Notes: generated from the letters alone by a model not told the origin. DNA of 64,000 nt from Octopus sinensis (GCF_006345805.1 NC_042998.1:182280001-182344000), one strand, 5' to 3'. Counted from the stretch's first letter, positions 1 through 14,150 are shown. Made by a program: numbers and translations.

Positions 1-214
1 ACAATGCCTATTGAATCTCACATCCAGCATAGTTTCAATAAGGTTTATTGGTTTATTTAATAAGGTTTATTGAATGTCACATATTAAATTATAAATAATG
101 ATAAATATCCACTTTTTTTTATTTGAGGAAATATTCCATTTATAATCATCTTTAATTTATTCTTGTTTTATACCCATAGTCTTGTTTTTATTCCCATATT
201 TTTTTTATCCTATC

Positions 215-1740
215 ATGGGTGTCGACAAAAAACAGAAGGCATGATGATTCATATATTGAATATAATTTTATATCCATCATTACTAAAGGAGAAGAAAGGG
301 CTTAATGTGCTATTTGAGGCAAAGCTTTGTCAATAATACTATGAACCCATCAAAGTTGAAGCAATATTTATCATCAACATTAAACTAGTATAAAAGTCTT
401 CTTGAATATCATGGGAATACTTTCAAATTACTGAAGCATGACTCAAGGAATATTCCAACAAATAAATTTTAAAAATTATTGAAGCTTCTTATGTCATTAT
501 ACCAGAGGCAGAGAAAAGAAAACCGTATACAATTAGAAACTTTGATCAAGCCTTGCGCTCTCGAAATGATGGAAAAATTATATTGAAAAATCGATTGAAG
601 AAAAACCTTCTGCGGTTTCATTATGAAACACCACTATTCAAAGAAGGATCAGTGATAAAGCTGTTAACAAGCAAGGATCAAGTTGTGAAGGAGATCAAGT
701 TTGCAACATTGACTTATTTCTAGTTTAGCTTAATAGACTGGATGGCGAGGTTTGCAAGATATATTGACGCAGCTTCGTTTGAAGAAGAGTTTCTTTCTTG
801 TTTTCATCTTGAAATAGCTAGTATGGTTCAAATACTTCTTGAAAGGCTAAATGTTTCATGCGACAAAAAATCTTTTGTGAGTGCTGTACAACTACGTTGG
901 GAACAAAATTCAGATTTCAAGTAAAACTGTGATCTCCAGAAGTAAATGACATTCATTGTAGGATCCATCGTCAGACACTGACATCAAAAGTATTTCCAGC
1001 TCTATTGGATCAATTCATGTTTTGAATTTTGTCAAATAAAGAGTTTGGGGCTCCTGGCATTTTAAGCAGTTGATATGGCTAGAGTCCATAACTTTTCTTT
1101 CCTACACAAACGTTTTAAATGTAATGGAAGGAGTAACTGAGCTTAAATTACTTTTCTGAAGTTCAAGATAGGGTCGAATTCTTTCCTGGCGCAATAAGGA
1201 ATGGATCATGCACCTTGTCTGTTTGATAAATATTTTGGAGCACTTAAGTAACTTGAATCTTCAGATGTAAGGAATTAATATAAACAAAATGAATCGATGC
1301 TTTGAAAGCTTTCACGAACAAACTGAACAAGTGGAAAAAGAAACGGTTCCAATTTTTGCTGCTAGCAACGAAAATCTAGGAGCTTCCAAAATTTGCAAAA
1401 CACGACATTCTTTAACGTCTGACATAACTAGAAAATGAACTCAACCGACGTTTTCTTGAATTCAATGATGAGGAGTTGGATTATCTCTTGAAAATGTTCC
1501 TTACGCTCATTGAGATGGATTTTTGGGTGTACAGTAAAAGTGGTCGGTGACTTGGAAGTAATCTTAGTGGTTGGAAGTGATCTTAGTGGTCTGTTCTTGG
1601 AGACGAAGGTACAAGTAAGGCATTGAGAAAGAGAGCGTTTAAAATTACCGGGAATTCTTGACCAAGAGGTTATGAAAATATTTATAAAATTGTCCCAGGA
1701 AAAGACAAATAAACAAAGTTAAAACATTCTCAACTTGCAC
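215..1740 (+). pseudogene. Decayed hAT (Buster/Charlie, ZBED5/SCAND3-like) transposase
   Basis: Frameshifted motifs in the expected order: RRHDDSYIEY (~236), MNPSKLKQ (~340), EASY..KPYTI-ETLIKPCALEM (~481-570), ARFARYID..FEEEFL (742-800), HCRIHRQTLTSK (954-989), WIMHL..I..HL (~1200). Multiple stops; no TIRs seen. Confidence 0.8.
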
Positions 1741-1778
1741 ACATTTAAATGCACCTAAATAATTTTAATGCGAACTCA

Positions 1779-1779
<1 letters not shown>

Positions 1780-1839
<60 letters not shown>

Positions 1840-1870
1840 TATGTGTGTGTGTGCGTGTGTGCGTGCGCGT
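1780..1870. repeat. (GT)n microsatellite
   Basis: Direct reading. Confidence 0.95.
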
Positions 1871-2119
1871 ATCGCCGTGGCACACAAGCAAATAGTTCTT
1901 ACACTAAATATAGTCATGGACTGGCAATTCGATTCATCTCTGGTTCAACTCAAGTACGTGATGCTGATAAGCCACTAAAATGGCGAACTCCTGAAAGGCT
2001 ATGACTTTCAGGTGTTTTAACGCGCAGCACTATGATTCTCAGGTTTACAACCCTATCGATGTTTTTAAGTTGTTATGGTGTGTGTATGTGTATGTGTGTG
2101 TTTATGCATGCATGCATGC

Positions 2120-2354
2120 ATACATATATATATATATAATAATAAATACTAGGGAATAAATCCAAATTTACAGGGAAAATCAGATTTAGGATTGAATCCA
2201 ATTTTATAGTAAAATATAATATAATATTATTAGAGACAAAACCACTATTATGCAAATCAAACAAAGAAAGACTTAATCCAATACATAAAATTTTTTATAT
2301 AAATAAATTAAATATAATTAAATATAATTAAATATAATTAATTATTGTCTCTAA

Positions 2355-2399
<45 letters not shown>

Positions 2400-2400
2400 C
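2120..2400. repeat. (AT)n-bounded small repeat (family P2) with 18-bp inverted repeat
   Basis: ataatattattagagaca (2221-2238) is inverted at 2346-2363; the segment tagagacaaaaccact...cttaatccaatacataa recurs at ~30940-31000. Confidence 0.55.
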
Positions 2401-3072
2401 ATATCAACTACAGAGCATTTTTTCTAAAAAACGATTTAGTAAGCCCCTAAATATTGCAACGGGTATTTAATTAACTGTAAAATTTAAGTTCATTTTTCTT
2501 ACATTTTACTTTCATATACAGATGTGTACATGTCTCATTTTACTAATTTCTCTTACCAGCCTAGCTTCTTATTTAAAGGGATACGTAATATTATTTCAAT
2601 TTGTGTCTAAATAAACTGTGAGAACTTCTGTTATTACTCTGCTCTTTAATTCCTGATATTTCATACATTACTACATAAAATATAAGCTGTTAATAAAGAT
2701 TACATTGAGTAAAAAAAATATCCTAATAACAATATGTTGCAAACCTCTCATAATCTCTGTACGTAATTAATCTAAAATAAATTTAATGTAAACAGGTGCT
2801 CATGCCATTGATATGAGAAAATGATTAAAAAAAGCAAAGAGGGCAGAGATCAGAGCAACAGTGAAATACCTAAAAATGTGTTTTCAAATGATTCAATCCG
2901 TGTAATGAATCACACTCGAGCTATGCGTTGTAAAGAATTTTTCATTAATGGTTATCCGGTGAAAACTTGGAAGTAAATTGTTGAAGAGTTTGGTGAAGCA
3001 TTGCAGACATATATAGATTAAGTAAATAAAGTGTTAAAATTCTGCCTATAGTCTTTCATAAATATACATTAT

Positions 3073-3079
<7 letters not shown>

Positions 3080-3112
<33 letters not shown>

Positions 3113-3145
3113 GCAAATATATATATATATATACATATATATAAC

Positions 3146-3201
<56 letters not shown>

Positions 3202-3263
3202 CTACACACATATATATGTAAATATATATATATATATATATACATATTTATACATACATATAT

Positions 3264-3297
<34 letters not shown>

Positions 3298-3321
3298 CAT
3301 ATTATACATACATATATATAA

Positions 3322-3352
<31 letters not shown>

Positions 3353-3645
3353 CAAATATGTACACACACACACACACATATATATATGCATATATATAAA
3401 CATATGTATATATATACACACACATATATATATGCACATATATACATATATGTATATACACATATATTTATATATATGCATATATATACATAAATGTATA
3501 TACACACACATATATATACACATATATATACATATATATATACATATATATATATATACATATATATATACACACATATATATATACATATATATATATA
3601 CATATAGATGTATATATATACATATATACATATATACATATACAT
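3080..3645. repeat. Compound (AC)n/(AT)n/(ACATAT)n array
   Basis: Direct reading. Confidence 0.95.
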
Positions 3646-3960
3646 GTGAGGGCACGTGGCTTAGTTGTTAGGGCATTCGGCTCATGATCATAAGTTTGTG
3701 AGTTCGATTCCCGGCGACGCGTTGTGTCCTTGAGCAAGACACCTTATTTCACGTTGCTCCAGTCCACTCAGCTGGCAAAAATGAGTAGGATCTGTTTTCC
3801 CAAAAAGGGCCAGCCTTGTCACACTTCGTGTCCCGCTGAATCTCCTTGCGAATTATGTTAAGGGTTCACGTGTGTGTAGAATGCTCAGCCACTTTCATTA
3901 GCAAGCTGCTCCGTTGATCGTATCAGCTGGGAACCTCGTCGTCGTAACCGACGGAGTGCT
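3646..3960 (+). mobile_element. tRNA-derived SINE, family C, full length
   Basis: Head with A-box-like tggcttagttg and B-box gagttcgattccc, central gtgtccttgagcaagacac domain, tail ending gtcgtaaccgacggagtg; the tail recurs at 44000-44144. Confidence 0.8.
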
Positions 3961-3962
<2 letters not shown>

Positions 3963-4015
<53 letters not shown>

Positions 4016-4060
4016 TACACATATATATAATATATATATACACACAAATATATACACATA

Positions 4061-4098
<38 letters not shown>

Positions 4099-4233
4099 CA
4101 CACACATATATATATATACATATATATACATACACACACACACACACGCATATATATATACATATATATTTGGATATATATGCATATACATATATATACA
4201 TACATATATATACACATATGCATATACATACAT

Positions 4234-4275
<42 letters not shown>

Positions 4276-4328
4276 TAGGTATATATATATATATATATAG
4301 GTATATATATATATATATATAGGTATAT

Positions 4329-4366
<38 letters not shown>

Positions 4367-4400
4367 CATTTTACACATGCAAGAGAGAGAGAGAGTGAGA
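3963..4400. repeat. Compound (AT)n/(AC)n/(AG)n array
   Basis: Direct reading. Confidence 0.95.
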
Positions 4401-4545
4401 GAGAGTGAGAGAGAGGGTTCGATTCCCTGTGGAGGCTTGCTGGAAACAGTTTTTTCCGTAGTATAAACGTATTTACCCGATTTTCTAAGCTGTCTTCATA
4501 GCTTTTGAAAAATCCTTTATTTTCTGTAGAATACTGACTCACACG

Positions 4546-4621
<76 letters not shown>

Positions 4622-5060
4622 CACACACACACACCCACATCAAATAGTAATAATAATAACGATGATGATAATGATAAGAAATGAATATAGATATATCTAT
4701 TCATTTTCATTAATTTTTATATTTTACACTGCGATAAATGTATAGTATATTGTTGCTGCATACAATGGATTTACAAAGTAATTAACTACTAAATATAGTA
4801 TTGTTTGTTTTATTTATTGGTTAATAGATACCCAACATCAATGGTATTCCTCCGAAGAGCTCTGTTAGCGAAATATAGGAGTGCTGCTGCGAGTTAATGG
4901 GGATCGTATAGATCTCAACAACTTTATATATATATATATATATATAATTTCAAAATAGGATAAAGTCTTCATAAGAATTTATCTAGTAGTTAGCGTGAAA
5001 ACCCCCATAAAAGAAAAAAAACCATAAATTTTTTTCCCTTAAATATATTTATTTATATTA

Positions 5061-5209
5061 TATAGAGGGCATTATTATACATAAATACCACACGCTAGGA
5101 GGGACTCTTAAAGTCAAAACTACTAAACTACTGTTTATTTATTTTAGTAGTTTTGACTTTAAAAGTCCCTCTTAGCGTGTTGCATTTAAGTGTAATAATG
5201 CCCACTATA
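5061..5209. repeat. Fold-back element, ~67-bp arms with ~15-nt loop, bounded by AT repeats
   Basis: Left arm 5061-5127 is the reverse complement of 5143-5209 with a handful of mismatches. Confidence 0.85.
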
Positions 5210-5399
5210 TAATATATATATATATATAATCAAATGTATGTATGTATGTATGTATGTTTGAGTGTGTGTCTGCACATTTTACGGTAACAACCTTAAATAA
5301 TATACCCACACACCATTATAAAGGAAACACTTTTGTATGACGTTTTCGGAAAATCAATCACCTAAAAGTACACAATAAAGTCAGAAATACAAAACAAAA

Positions 5400-6339
5400 C
5401 ATATACATTTTACACATTGACCACGACTTTGATCACTTCTTTGTATCAGAAACCTCAAAATCATTAAGAAAATCTAAAACTAAAGGCCTCAAAGGCAGGT
5501 AATATCACAAACATATATCTAAAACAACCAAGAGCCTGGAGGAATTACTACTCTTTATTTCTAAGTAAAATGACATCGTATATACTTAACGTCCATCTGT
5601 GCACATTAGAAAACATTCTAGAAAGTCTGACCCTTAACATCATTAGTCCACACATTTCAGTCTCCAAATCACAACCTCACCATACATGAACCTAACCCAG
5701 AATGTATAAGATAGATTAAACAAAATCCTCTTACACATGGACATCGGTAAAGCTGACTCCAATTCTCGCTATCTACTCATACAAAGAGTAGTCAAACCGC
5801 TGTAAGAAACAACACAGGACACCAGCTTGCAAACTACCTGGCAAGTAACCTAGTCTATGTAATGTAAAAGAGGAACATTTCCGGATCCTATAAATTCCCG
5901 TATAACGTACCAAATAGATCTATCATCTCACCACAGTTTTCAATATATATGTATATATATATATATATATATATACTAGCACTATGACCCGGCAACGACG
6001 GATCATAGTGCTAGTGCATGCATATACAGCTGCGTGCATGCGCATACACGCGAGTACTGTCCAAATCTCCGACCAATCGCATACAGCTAGCTGGCATTCA
6101 ATTGGCGTATCAAGTTTCGGGCATTTTGATTGGGTTTTGGATAGGAAATTCACAAAAAAGTCACTTCTATTGATTTTTTAATGGCTTTGCGGGGTGACTG
6201 GGGAAATGTAAAGATGTGCACGACCACCCTTGGACGGTTTTGAATGACCATAGAAAGTGCGAGCTCTCTAACTGAAAAATTGTGGATTTGTATAAAGGAT
6301 ACACAGACAGACAGGCAGACATTTTGCCGTTTATATATA

Positions 6340-6392
<53 letters not shown>

Positions 6393-7240
6393 ATCCTCCT
6401 ACATCTCCACGAACCATATTTGCAGTTTCATGTGCTGATAAGATGACAGTCACATCCTTCCTCAATTATCTAGTCATCGCTACGCAACCATTCCAACCGT
6501 ATTTAAATAACATAAAACGTTGAATCGACAAAAACAGGCTTAAAGTAAGACCTACAAAATCCATTGTCTTCTTTCCCATCACCAACACGAGAGAAGATCA
6601 ACCACAACCAACTTTAATACTCAACAACATAAACATACCACACGTACAGAAGTCATGAATGCTGGAATTTTTATACAATCTTCCCACCTCACGACATTCA
6701 CAGCAGAGGAGACAGTAAAGAAAGCATCTTGTACAAATATACTTACAACAATTACTGTTATCACATTTGGTCAATAGAAACAAATGACATTACTTTGGAT
6801 CCATCATAGACTATGTCAATTGTAACATAAGCTCTCAATCTCTTCACAACAAACTTCAACGTACTACAACGAACACAAGATATCGCACGACGCGTTATCA
6901 CATGCTGTATACTGATCATAGCCACAGCCTACGTACACGATAAAAAAATATACTAAATATTAATGTCCACGTAGACATGTGAAGTGCACAGTTTGTTACC
7001 ACAGTGAGCTTGACCTCCTATAGTCCCTACCATTACACGAAAACCGCCTCCAAAATACCTAGACATATACACAACACATCGGAATCCTTCTACTATAACA
7101 TATTAAAACATTATCTCTCTCAGACCGGACAAGCGCAAGGAACACATACAAGCAAAAGCATAGCAGCATCAATGACATTCTTAGTTTTAGACGCTATACT
7201 GGGATGCAAACCATTAACAAAAAATGCAGGAAAACAGCAG
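5400..7240 (+). pseudogene. Decayed LINE (I/Nimb/Jockey-like) RT region, interrupted by a non-autonomous Helitron
   Basis: SCADKMTV (YADD-like) at ~6428, KNRLKVRPTKS, LNNINIP, NKLQR...RVITCC (~6850-6905); heavily mutated. Confidence 0.5.
5975..6340 (-). mobile_element. Non-autonomous Helitron-like element (family H1), copy 1
   Basis: On the minus strand it begins atataaacggcaaaatgtc and ends in hairpin + CTAG(T); near-identical inverted copy at 53093-53428. Confidence 0.8.
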
Positions 7241-7689
7241 CTGTGACGCTCTAACCGATTTTAATTTGTCGCTAATATAGCCACAAACAGAATCTACGAG
7301 ACTAAAGAAATAGAGAAGATAAAAGAAAACGTGTAAAACGTCCAGTCTATCACACTGTGTGCCATAAACTTTATCTTTGGATAGTGTGCAGGGAACAGTC
7401 TGGGAGAGGGATTTGTTAATCACATCTCTAGTCCAGTTAATTGTCTGCGTGCATAAGGACCTCTAGATCACAACTGAGTTGGAGGCAAACAACGACAACA
7501 ATTCCAAGATAAAATTCTTCACTACATAACTCCATTTAATATTTAATCAGTTTAAAATTTCGGAGTTATTTTCCTTGTTCCTCTTGACAATAGCTATCAT
7601 TAATGCTAATTATATTTTTCCCAGTATGAAAGAAATTCCATCCATCCATTCATCCATCTGTTAATTCATTCATTCATTCATTCATCTTC

Positions 7690-7960
7690 GCCCACTATTC
7701 CTAAGCGGGTCGTGCGGGTAGAGTCCTCAGACACCTTCTCCACAGATAGATTATACATCACCACAGGGTCTTATAAGAAGCACTCATTATTAGACTTACC
7801 GGTTGGGTTCCCAAGTATGACCAACTGGAACTGTGGATATTATTCGCCCATCTCGTTCTTGGTTTACTCTTAGGTCTCATGCTGGTTGGCTCGGCTTGAA
7901 AAATCCACGTAGACATCGCATTGCGATTCTTTCCAGCAGCATTCTAATCAATGAGGAAAA
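7690..7960 (-). mobile_element. RTE-clade LINE 3' fragment
   Basis: Minus-strand RPKSKPRTRWANNIHSSSWSYLG matches the RTE C-terminal RPRGRPRTRW motif. Confidence 0.65.
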
Positions 7961-8621
7961 GTAGCGGCTCGACCTAGAAAGACCCCCTCATCCTCGAGTT
8001 ACGCGTCAGTTGATAAAACATTCTTTTTGGTCCACTACATCAAGTATTTTAAACCACGCTAAACTGTTTGATTCAAGTAAAACGTTTGCACATCCCGGGA
8101 AAGATTATACCTCCTTCCCTCGAGAATGAAGGAGAGTTTTAGGGCATTTGAGCTTTAGGCATCAGAGAGGAATCAAAGCTCATAAGTTTTGGTCAAATAT
8201 ATAAAATGGATCTATTTAGAAAAAAAGAAAAGCTGTTCCAGGATAGAAATTTCTGGACGTTTCTGAATAAACAATATATTAGTATTGAAGCGATGCTTAA
8301 TCTGAAGGTAGCACCATTCCAGGTTTTGTATAGACTGAAGTATTAGCTCTATGCATATTTGATATGTCTATTTAATTGGTGTGAAAGCTATCACAATAGA
8401 TGTATATATTGGAAAGGAAAAAGAGGATAACTTTTCCAATTGACAATACATAGTTTATAAAGATGTGGGCATCGTAATTTGAAAATTGAATAAATCTTAG
8501 CTTCGATTACAACAAAAGAAGGTGGTAATAACTAATAGCAAATACATTTATGGAAGAAGTAGTAATTATTGGAGTTATATCTCGGTGGTATATTTTTCAG
8601 TTAAAGTTTGTTTCAACAATC

Positions 8622-8980
<359 letters not shown>

Positions 8981-9434
8981 CAGAGGCAGTATTTGTACAT
9001 ACACATCTGTATGAATGTATAAAAATTAATAGAAAGCGCTCACGCATACAAACACATTCACATATACGCAGACATAATAACACATGTGTCTTTCAATTTC
9101 TCCTTAAATAAACTGAACATCATTTATAAATATCTTGTTTTGAATCCTAGTGGAAAAATCTATAAAAACTTAATGGATTTATTTGTTGATAACAAGCTCT
9201 AACAGAACAACTGAACTATATAACCTGTGTACAACAATATACATTTTAAAGGAAAAGAAGACCTTGTTATTTTTAATAAGAAATGCTTCATCGATTTTAC
9301 TTCACAAATGTTAAATGTAAAGATTTAAAATTGTTTACACTTGTAGTAGATACATTCAGACAAGCACAGATACACTGATATATGCCCGCGCGCACACTGA
9401 CACACATACACACACATTGAGGTACGTACATACA

Positions 9435-9702
9435 GAGATGATGTCAAAATATGTAAAACTTTCCAAAGGTTTAGCATATATGAACATATGCACATGTCTA
9501 GACATGCAACTATATGTATGAGTTTACATACACAAAACAAAACATATCTGCACATGCACCGACTCCAAGTTATTGCACAAACACACAGTCGTACATAACT
9601 ACGATGTTGATGTTGTTGAAATCCCAGTGAAAGGTCCTTGGATCAAGGTTAGAAATCAACTCTTTCTCAGATGATAAGATATCTAGAAAATAAAAGTAAA
9701 CT
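9435..9702 (+). mobile_element. RLE-type LINE 3' end, copy 1, followed by (ACAT)n
   Basis: VKICKTFQRF then a 3' UTR homologous to copy 2 (catgtctagacatgcaac, ttgaaatcccagtgaa). Confidence 0.7.
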
Positions 9703-9791
9703 ACATACACACATACATACATACACACATACATACATACATACATACATACATACATACATACATACATACATACTACTTACATACATAC

Positions 9792-9824
<33 letters not shown>

Positions 9825-9837
9825 CACACACATACAT

Positions 9838-10270
9838 GCGCTGAAATATTGAAGAATCTACAGCTGCTCTTTCCAGATTACAAGTTCATGTTTATACCTG
9901 TAATTATTGGGGCATTGGTATATGTAACACACTGCCTAAATACCAATCTTGAGAAATTAGGCTTCTCAAAATCAGAAAGGAGAAAGGTAAGTCGAAAACT
10001 ACAGATCCAAGCAATCACTGGAACTGTAAAGATCTGTAAAAATTTCCAGAAGTTTATCATTTAAGTATATACGAGCATGTCTAGACATGCAACTGTATGC
10101 ATGAGAATACATACAGAAAACAAAACATACAAATCTGCACATATACATACATACATACATACATACCTTGTTGTTGATGTTGAAATTCCAGTGAAGGAAT
10201 CTTGGATCTAGATTAAAAACCGGCTCTCTCTCTATTTGCAAGAAATCTTGAAATAAAACTGAATAATGAT
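9838..10270 (+). mobile_element. RLE-type LINE 3' end, copy 2, between (ACAT)n arrays
   Basis: ORF 9849-10064 LQLLFPDYKFMFIPVIIGALVYV...KLQIQAITGTVKICKNF resembles the RLE C-terminus (P.IIGALG ... Q..A..GT..I); 3' UTR follows. Confidence 0.75.
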
Positions 10271-10296
10271 ATACATACATGCATACATAAATACAT

Positions 10297-10411
10297 ATTA
10301 CAAGTTCAGGTTTATACCTATAATTATTGGGGTAATGGGATATGTAACACACTGCCTAAATACCACTCTTGAGAAATTAGTCTTCTCAAACCAGAAAGGA
10401 GAAAGCTGATT
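10297..10411 (+). mobile_element. RLE-type LINE fragment, copy 3
   Basis: Near-duplicate of ~9878-9990, preceded by a short ACAT tract. Confidence 0.75.
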
Positions 10412-10494
10412 TGAAGACGTTACTGTTGTGTGACGAAAGATTTCCAGACAATGAACATAAAATAAGAACAATAATAAATTAATAATTTCTAGCT

Positions 10495-11898
10495 TTCTAA
10501 TTCCCCGATTGTAATCCCACCAACCGCTCTGCTTGCAACACCAAGACCGAGCTGGTGGCTAAGATCAAGAAGGTGTTTGAAGATTGCATGCAGCGTGGTG
10601 AAAGCTGAGGATAGCTACTCTGAGTAAACTGTTATCTCTCAGCCATAATCTAGTTGATGTTTTTCATTTTTTAAAATACAAGGGGGGTATTAAAAATTAT
10701 TCGCACTTTCGCTAAAACTTTCTTTAGGTTGGCCGCACTGCCTTCAGTGCCAGCGTGCTAAAAGTGGTGCTCTTGTGGTTACATAACCGAGGTCTGACCT
10801 TGATAACTTTAGTTTTTTTTTCTTATGTTACAGAGTAAACGTGGGTGCTTCGCTGGCAGTGTCACCAATGAAGAACAGAGACCAGTGATCCTATTTCTCT
10901 AGTTTGAAGGTGTGTCAGGGGCTGAAATTCATCACAGGCTTTCAGTACAGTTCGGGGACAGCGCTCTGTGTATGAGTGAATCGAGAAGTTTAAAAATGGT
11001 CAGACAAGTATGAAGCACAAAGAGGGAGCAGGATGCTCATCAACCTCCAACACTGATGTGAAGATTCAACAAGCTGGAGAGATGGCTCTGGCGTACCGAC
11101 AGGTGATCATCAAGGAAGTGGTATGTTCTATGCAAATTAGTCATAATTCTGCTTACTAAATCATCCACGACAAGTTTCGCTTCCGTGAAGTCTGCAAGAT
11201 GGGTACCAAAATAACTTAACGAAGCGCGTTAGCACAATTGTGTGGAGAACTGTCAACGTTTACTCAACCGCTAGAACAATGAAGTCGAAACTCTTTTAGA
11301 GAGAATAGTCACAAGAGGTGAGACCTGAGTCCATCACTTTAAGCTAGAATACAAAAGGCACAGTATGGAGTGGAAACACTGGAAATCGTCAGCGGAAAAG
11401 AAATTCAAGACTCAATCTTCCGCAGAAAAAAACTGATGTTAATTTTTTTTTTTGGAGGCGGGTGGAGTGCAAAAGGGCCTATACTGGAACATTAACTCAA
11501 AAAGGGATCTACAATCACCTGTGTAGACTACAGGGAAATACTGACCAACAAACTGAAACCAACAATTCGCACCAGCGCCATGGTCTATTGTCAAAGCAAA
11601 CGTTATTGTTAGAAGAGAACGCACGCCTGCATACGGGCAGCCACGCCGTTAAAGCCGTGCATAAATGGCTACACGACCAGTGGAAAACCTTCTTCTCCGA
11701 TGGAATAAGAAAGCATGTTAGCTGCTGGAAGAAGTGATCCGGAAGCAAGGAAAATATGTCGAAAATGATGTAATTGTTCGACTACTGCTTTTATTCTTAT
11801 AAATTACAGAAGCAAGCGCGCATAATTTTTGATTTCCATCGTACTCTTATTTTGGATAGAATATTGTTTTCCTTTTATACAATCTATCGAACACTCTG
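10495..11898 (+). mobile_element. Tc1/maT-like transposon 3' remnant (10495-10676 plus 11844-11898), split by a mariner
   Basis: PDCNP, NTKTELVAKIKKVFED and VVKAEDSYSE* at 10500-10627; after the mariner the sequence ends in TIR-like gaacactctg|ta. Confidence 0.6.
10679..11841 (+). mobile_element. Mariner element with degenerate TIRs, TA TSD and internally deleted transposase
   Basis: TA at 10677-78 and 11842-43; termini caaggggggtattaaaaattattcgcac / gcgcgcataatttttgatttccatcg; EQRPVILFL, RWVPK*L (~11197), IVTRGET*VHH, ENARLH, FFSDGIRK; the YSPDLAP region is deleted. Confidence 0.88.
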
Positions 11899-12148
11899 TA
11901 TGTATGTATGTATGTATGTACGTGTGTGTGTATGCATTATATATGTATGCGACTTTTCAAAGAGGAACAGGAGACTCGGCCACATGTCACTGCCATCAGC
12001 AACTATGTTTAAATACACTGACATATCGACACAAAGACATGTCTTCTAACTTGAAACAAGAACTTAGTTTGTTAATTGATACAATAACTTCCTATACTCG
12101 CTCCAGCGTCATAGTAATTTTCTTTTACAGGCTGATATATACATACAT

Positions 12149-12179
<31 letters not shown>

Positions 12180-12481
12180 TTCCTCTTAGAATAGACATAG
12201 GGCAAAGCATTTAGTATGTATATGTATAGACACAAACACACACCGTAAGAACAAGTAGAAAAACACCAAGTAAAACGCACAGTGAAAACATATATACAGG
12301 TACGCCGATAGTCAAATTGTGTCTCCTCTAAAAGTGTGAAGCAAATGTATGGCTCCTGCCCTTTAAATAAACAGGTGAAAGAGTATTTTTTAAATATTGC
12401 TGTATTGTTCTTAACACGCAGACAGACGCACATAAACATAGAGCACATTACCTCAATACCAATAACCGTCAAAGGCCTCTT

Positions 12482-12482
12482 C

Positions 12483-12513
<31 letters not shown>

Positions 12514-12535
12514 AATATATCTATCTATCTATCTA

Positions 12536-12617
<82 letters not shown>

Positions 12618-12969
12618 CGTATGTCCGTCCGTCCGTCCGTATGTCTGTCTGTCTGCCTGTCAGTCTGCCTGTCTGTCTGTCTATACATTTGTTTCCTTTT
12701 TTTCCTTTTTCTTTTCCATTTTCGAAAAGCTCTACATTTGTATTTATCCCCTCTGTGTTCAGCCCTGTTTAGCCAATAAAGAAAGTTTCTGTCTGTCTGT
12801 CTGTCTGTCTGTATGTCTGTCTGTCTGTCTGTCTCTCTCTGTCTCTCTCTCTCTTTCTCTATCTATCTATCTATCTATCTATATATACATGCATGCATAC
12901 ATACATGCATGCATACATACATACGTACATACATGCATACATACATGCATATATACATACATGCATACA

Positions 12970-13000
<31 letters not shown>

Positions 13001-13010
13001 GCGTGTATGA
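12482..13010. repeat. (ATCT)n-(GTCT)n-(GTCC)n-(ACAT)n compound arrays
   Basis: Direct reading. Confidence 0.95.
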
Positions 13011-13332
13011 AGCTGATTCGCTTACACTCACATATAAATGTATGCATATGTGCGCATGTGTGGGCATGTGCATGTGTGTGTGAGTTGGAGTATGGGGCGG
13101 GGTTTATTTATGAGTATGTATAAATTCTCTGGATTTTGAATAAATGCTTTTATGAATAAATGCTTCTCCTTGAATACTGCCCTCCACTGTGGTTTCCTTA
13201 CACAAAACAAAGTATACAAACTGAAACACTCCAGGATCAATCACACTCAGATGACAGCCTTTAATTACTGAGATCTGCCCCAGAAGCTTAGACCATATTC
13301 CATCAACGCCACCGTGAGAGCTATATCATTTA

Positions 13333-13610
13333 CTAGCAGTATCGCCCGGCATTGCTCGGGTTTGTAAGGGAAATAACTATAAAGCATTTTTAGAGAGTTA
13401 CTTCCCTTATATTTAAAAATATGCATTAAAATGGGAAAAATTATGGTAAATTATTTTTAAATCGTAGACTCATCGTAGACGCGCGCTAATACCCAAATAG
13501 GCTCGATATGAATCACGACTATAAGATACCCGGTTTGGTTAAACTGCACCACCGCAAAATGTGGGAGTAGTTAGGAATCTAAATCGGAGTAGACACACAA
13601 CATATATAAA
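13333..13610 (-). mobile_element. Non-autonomous Helitron-like element (family H2)
   Basis: Plus strand t-actagcagtatcgcccggcattgctcggg equals minus-strand GC hairpin followed by CTAG; the 5' end lies near acacacaacatatataaa. Confidence 0.7.
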
Positions 13611-13889
13611 GAATTATGGTGAAAATATGTCATCAATATTGCTCAAATAGTTTGGCATTAACTTTCTTTTTACTTTTATGCAAAAGTCACCCAAGTTTCG
13701 GTTACCGTGCCATTTGTTCGCTAAAAAAATCGTGCTCGTGTCATATTACAGCACCGAGACAGAGCTATTTCACTTCGATTGCTGGCCATGCTTACTTTAA
13801 TATCATACCAAGACACGTGAGGAAAGCAAAAGACCCAATATAAATTCAAACAGTTCCTGGACATAACCTCCTATTAAATTCTTGATGAA

Positions 13890-14150
13890 CTACCTACACC
13901 CGTCCAAATATATCTCTGCGGATAATAACAGGTCATCCTACCCGGCCGTTACTGTCATTCGACGAAGCAGCTGCAGGCCAGGAGAGCCCTCGTGGTAAGC
14001 CCCGCACCAGATGGCTGGACGTGATTGGGGAAAATCTCTACGGACTCGACCTTGGAGGACGCAAAGGAACTGGTACGAGGCTACCTGCGATGGAGAGCAT
14101 TGGTGAACCTGGGGTCTCCAACGCATGATGACGCCTCAGATACCATCAAC
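13890..14150 (+). mobile_element. RTE-clade LINE 3' fragment
   Basis: SPRGKPRTRWLDVI at 13985 and LEDAKELVR..LRWRALV downstream. Confidence 0.65.
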
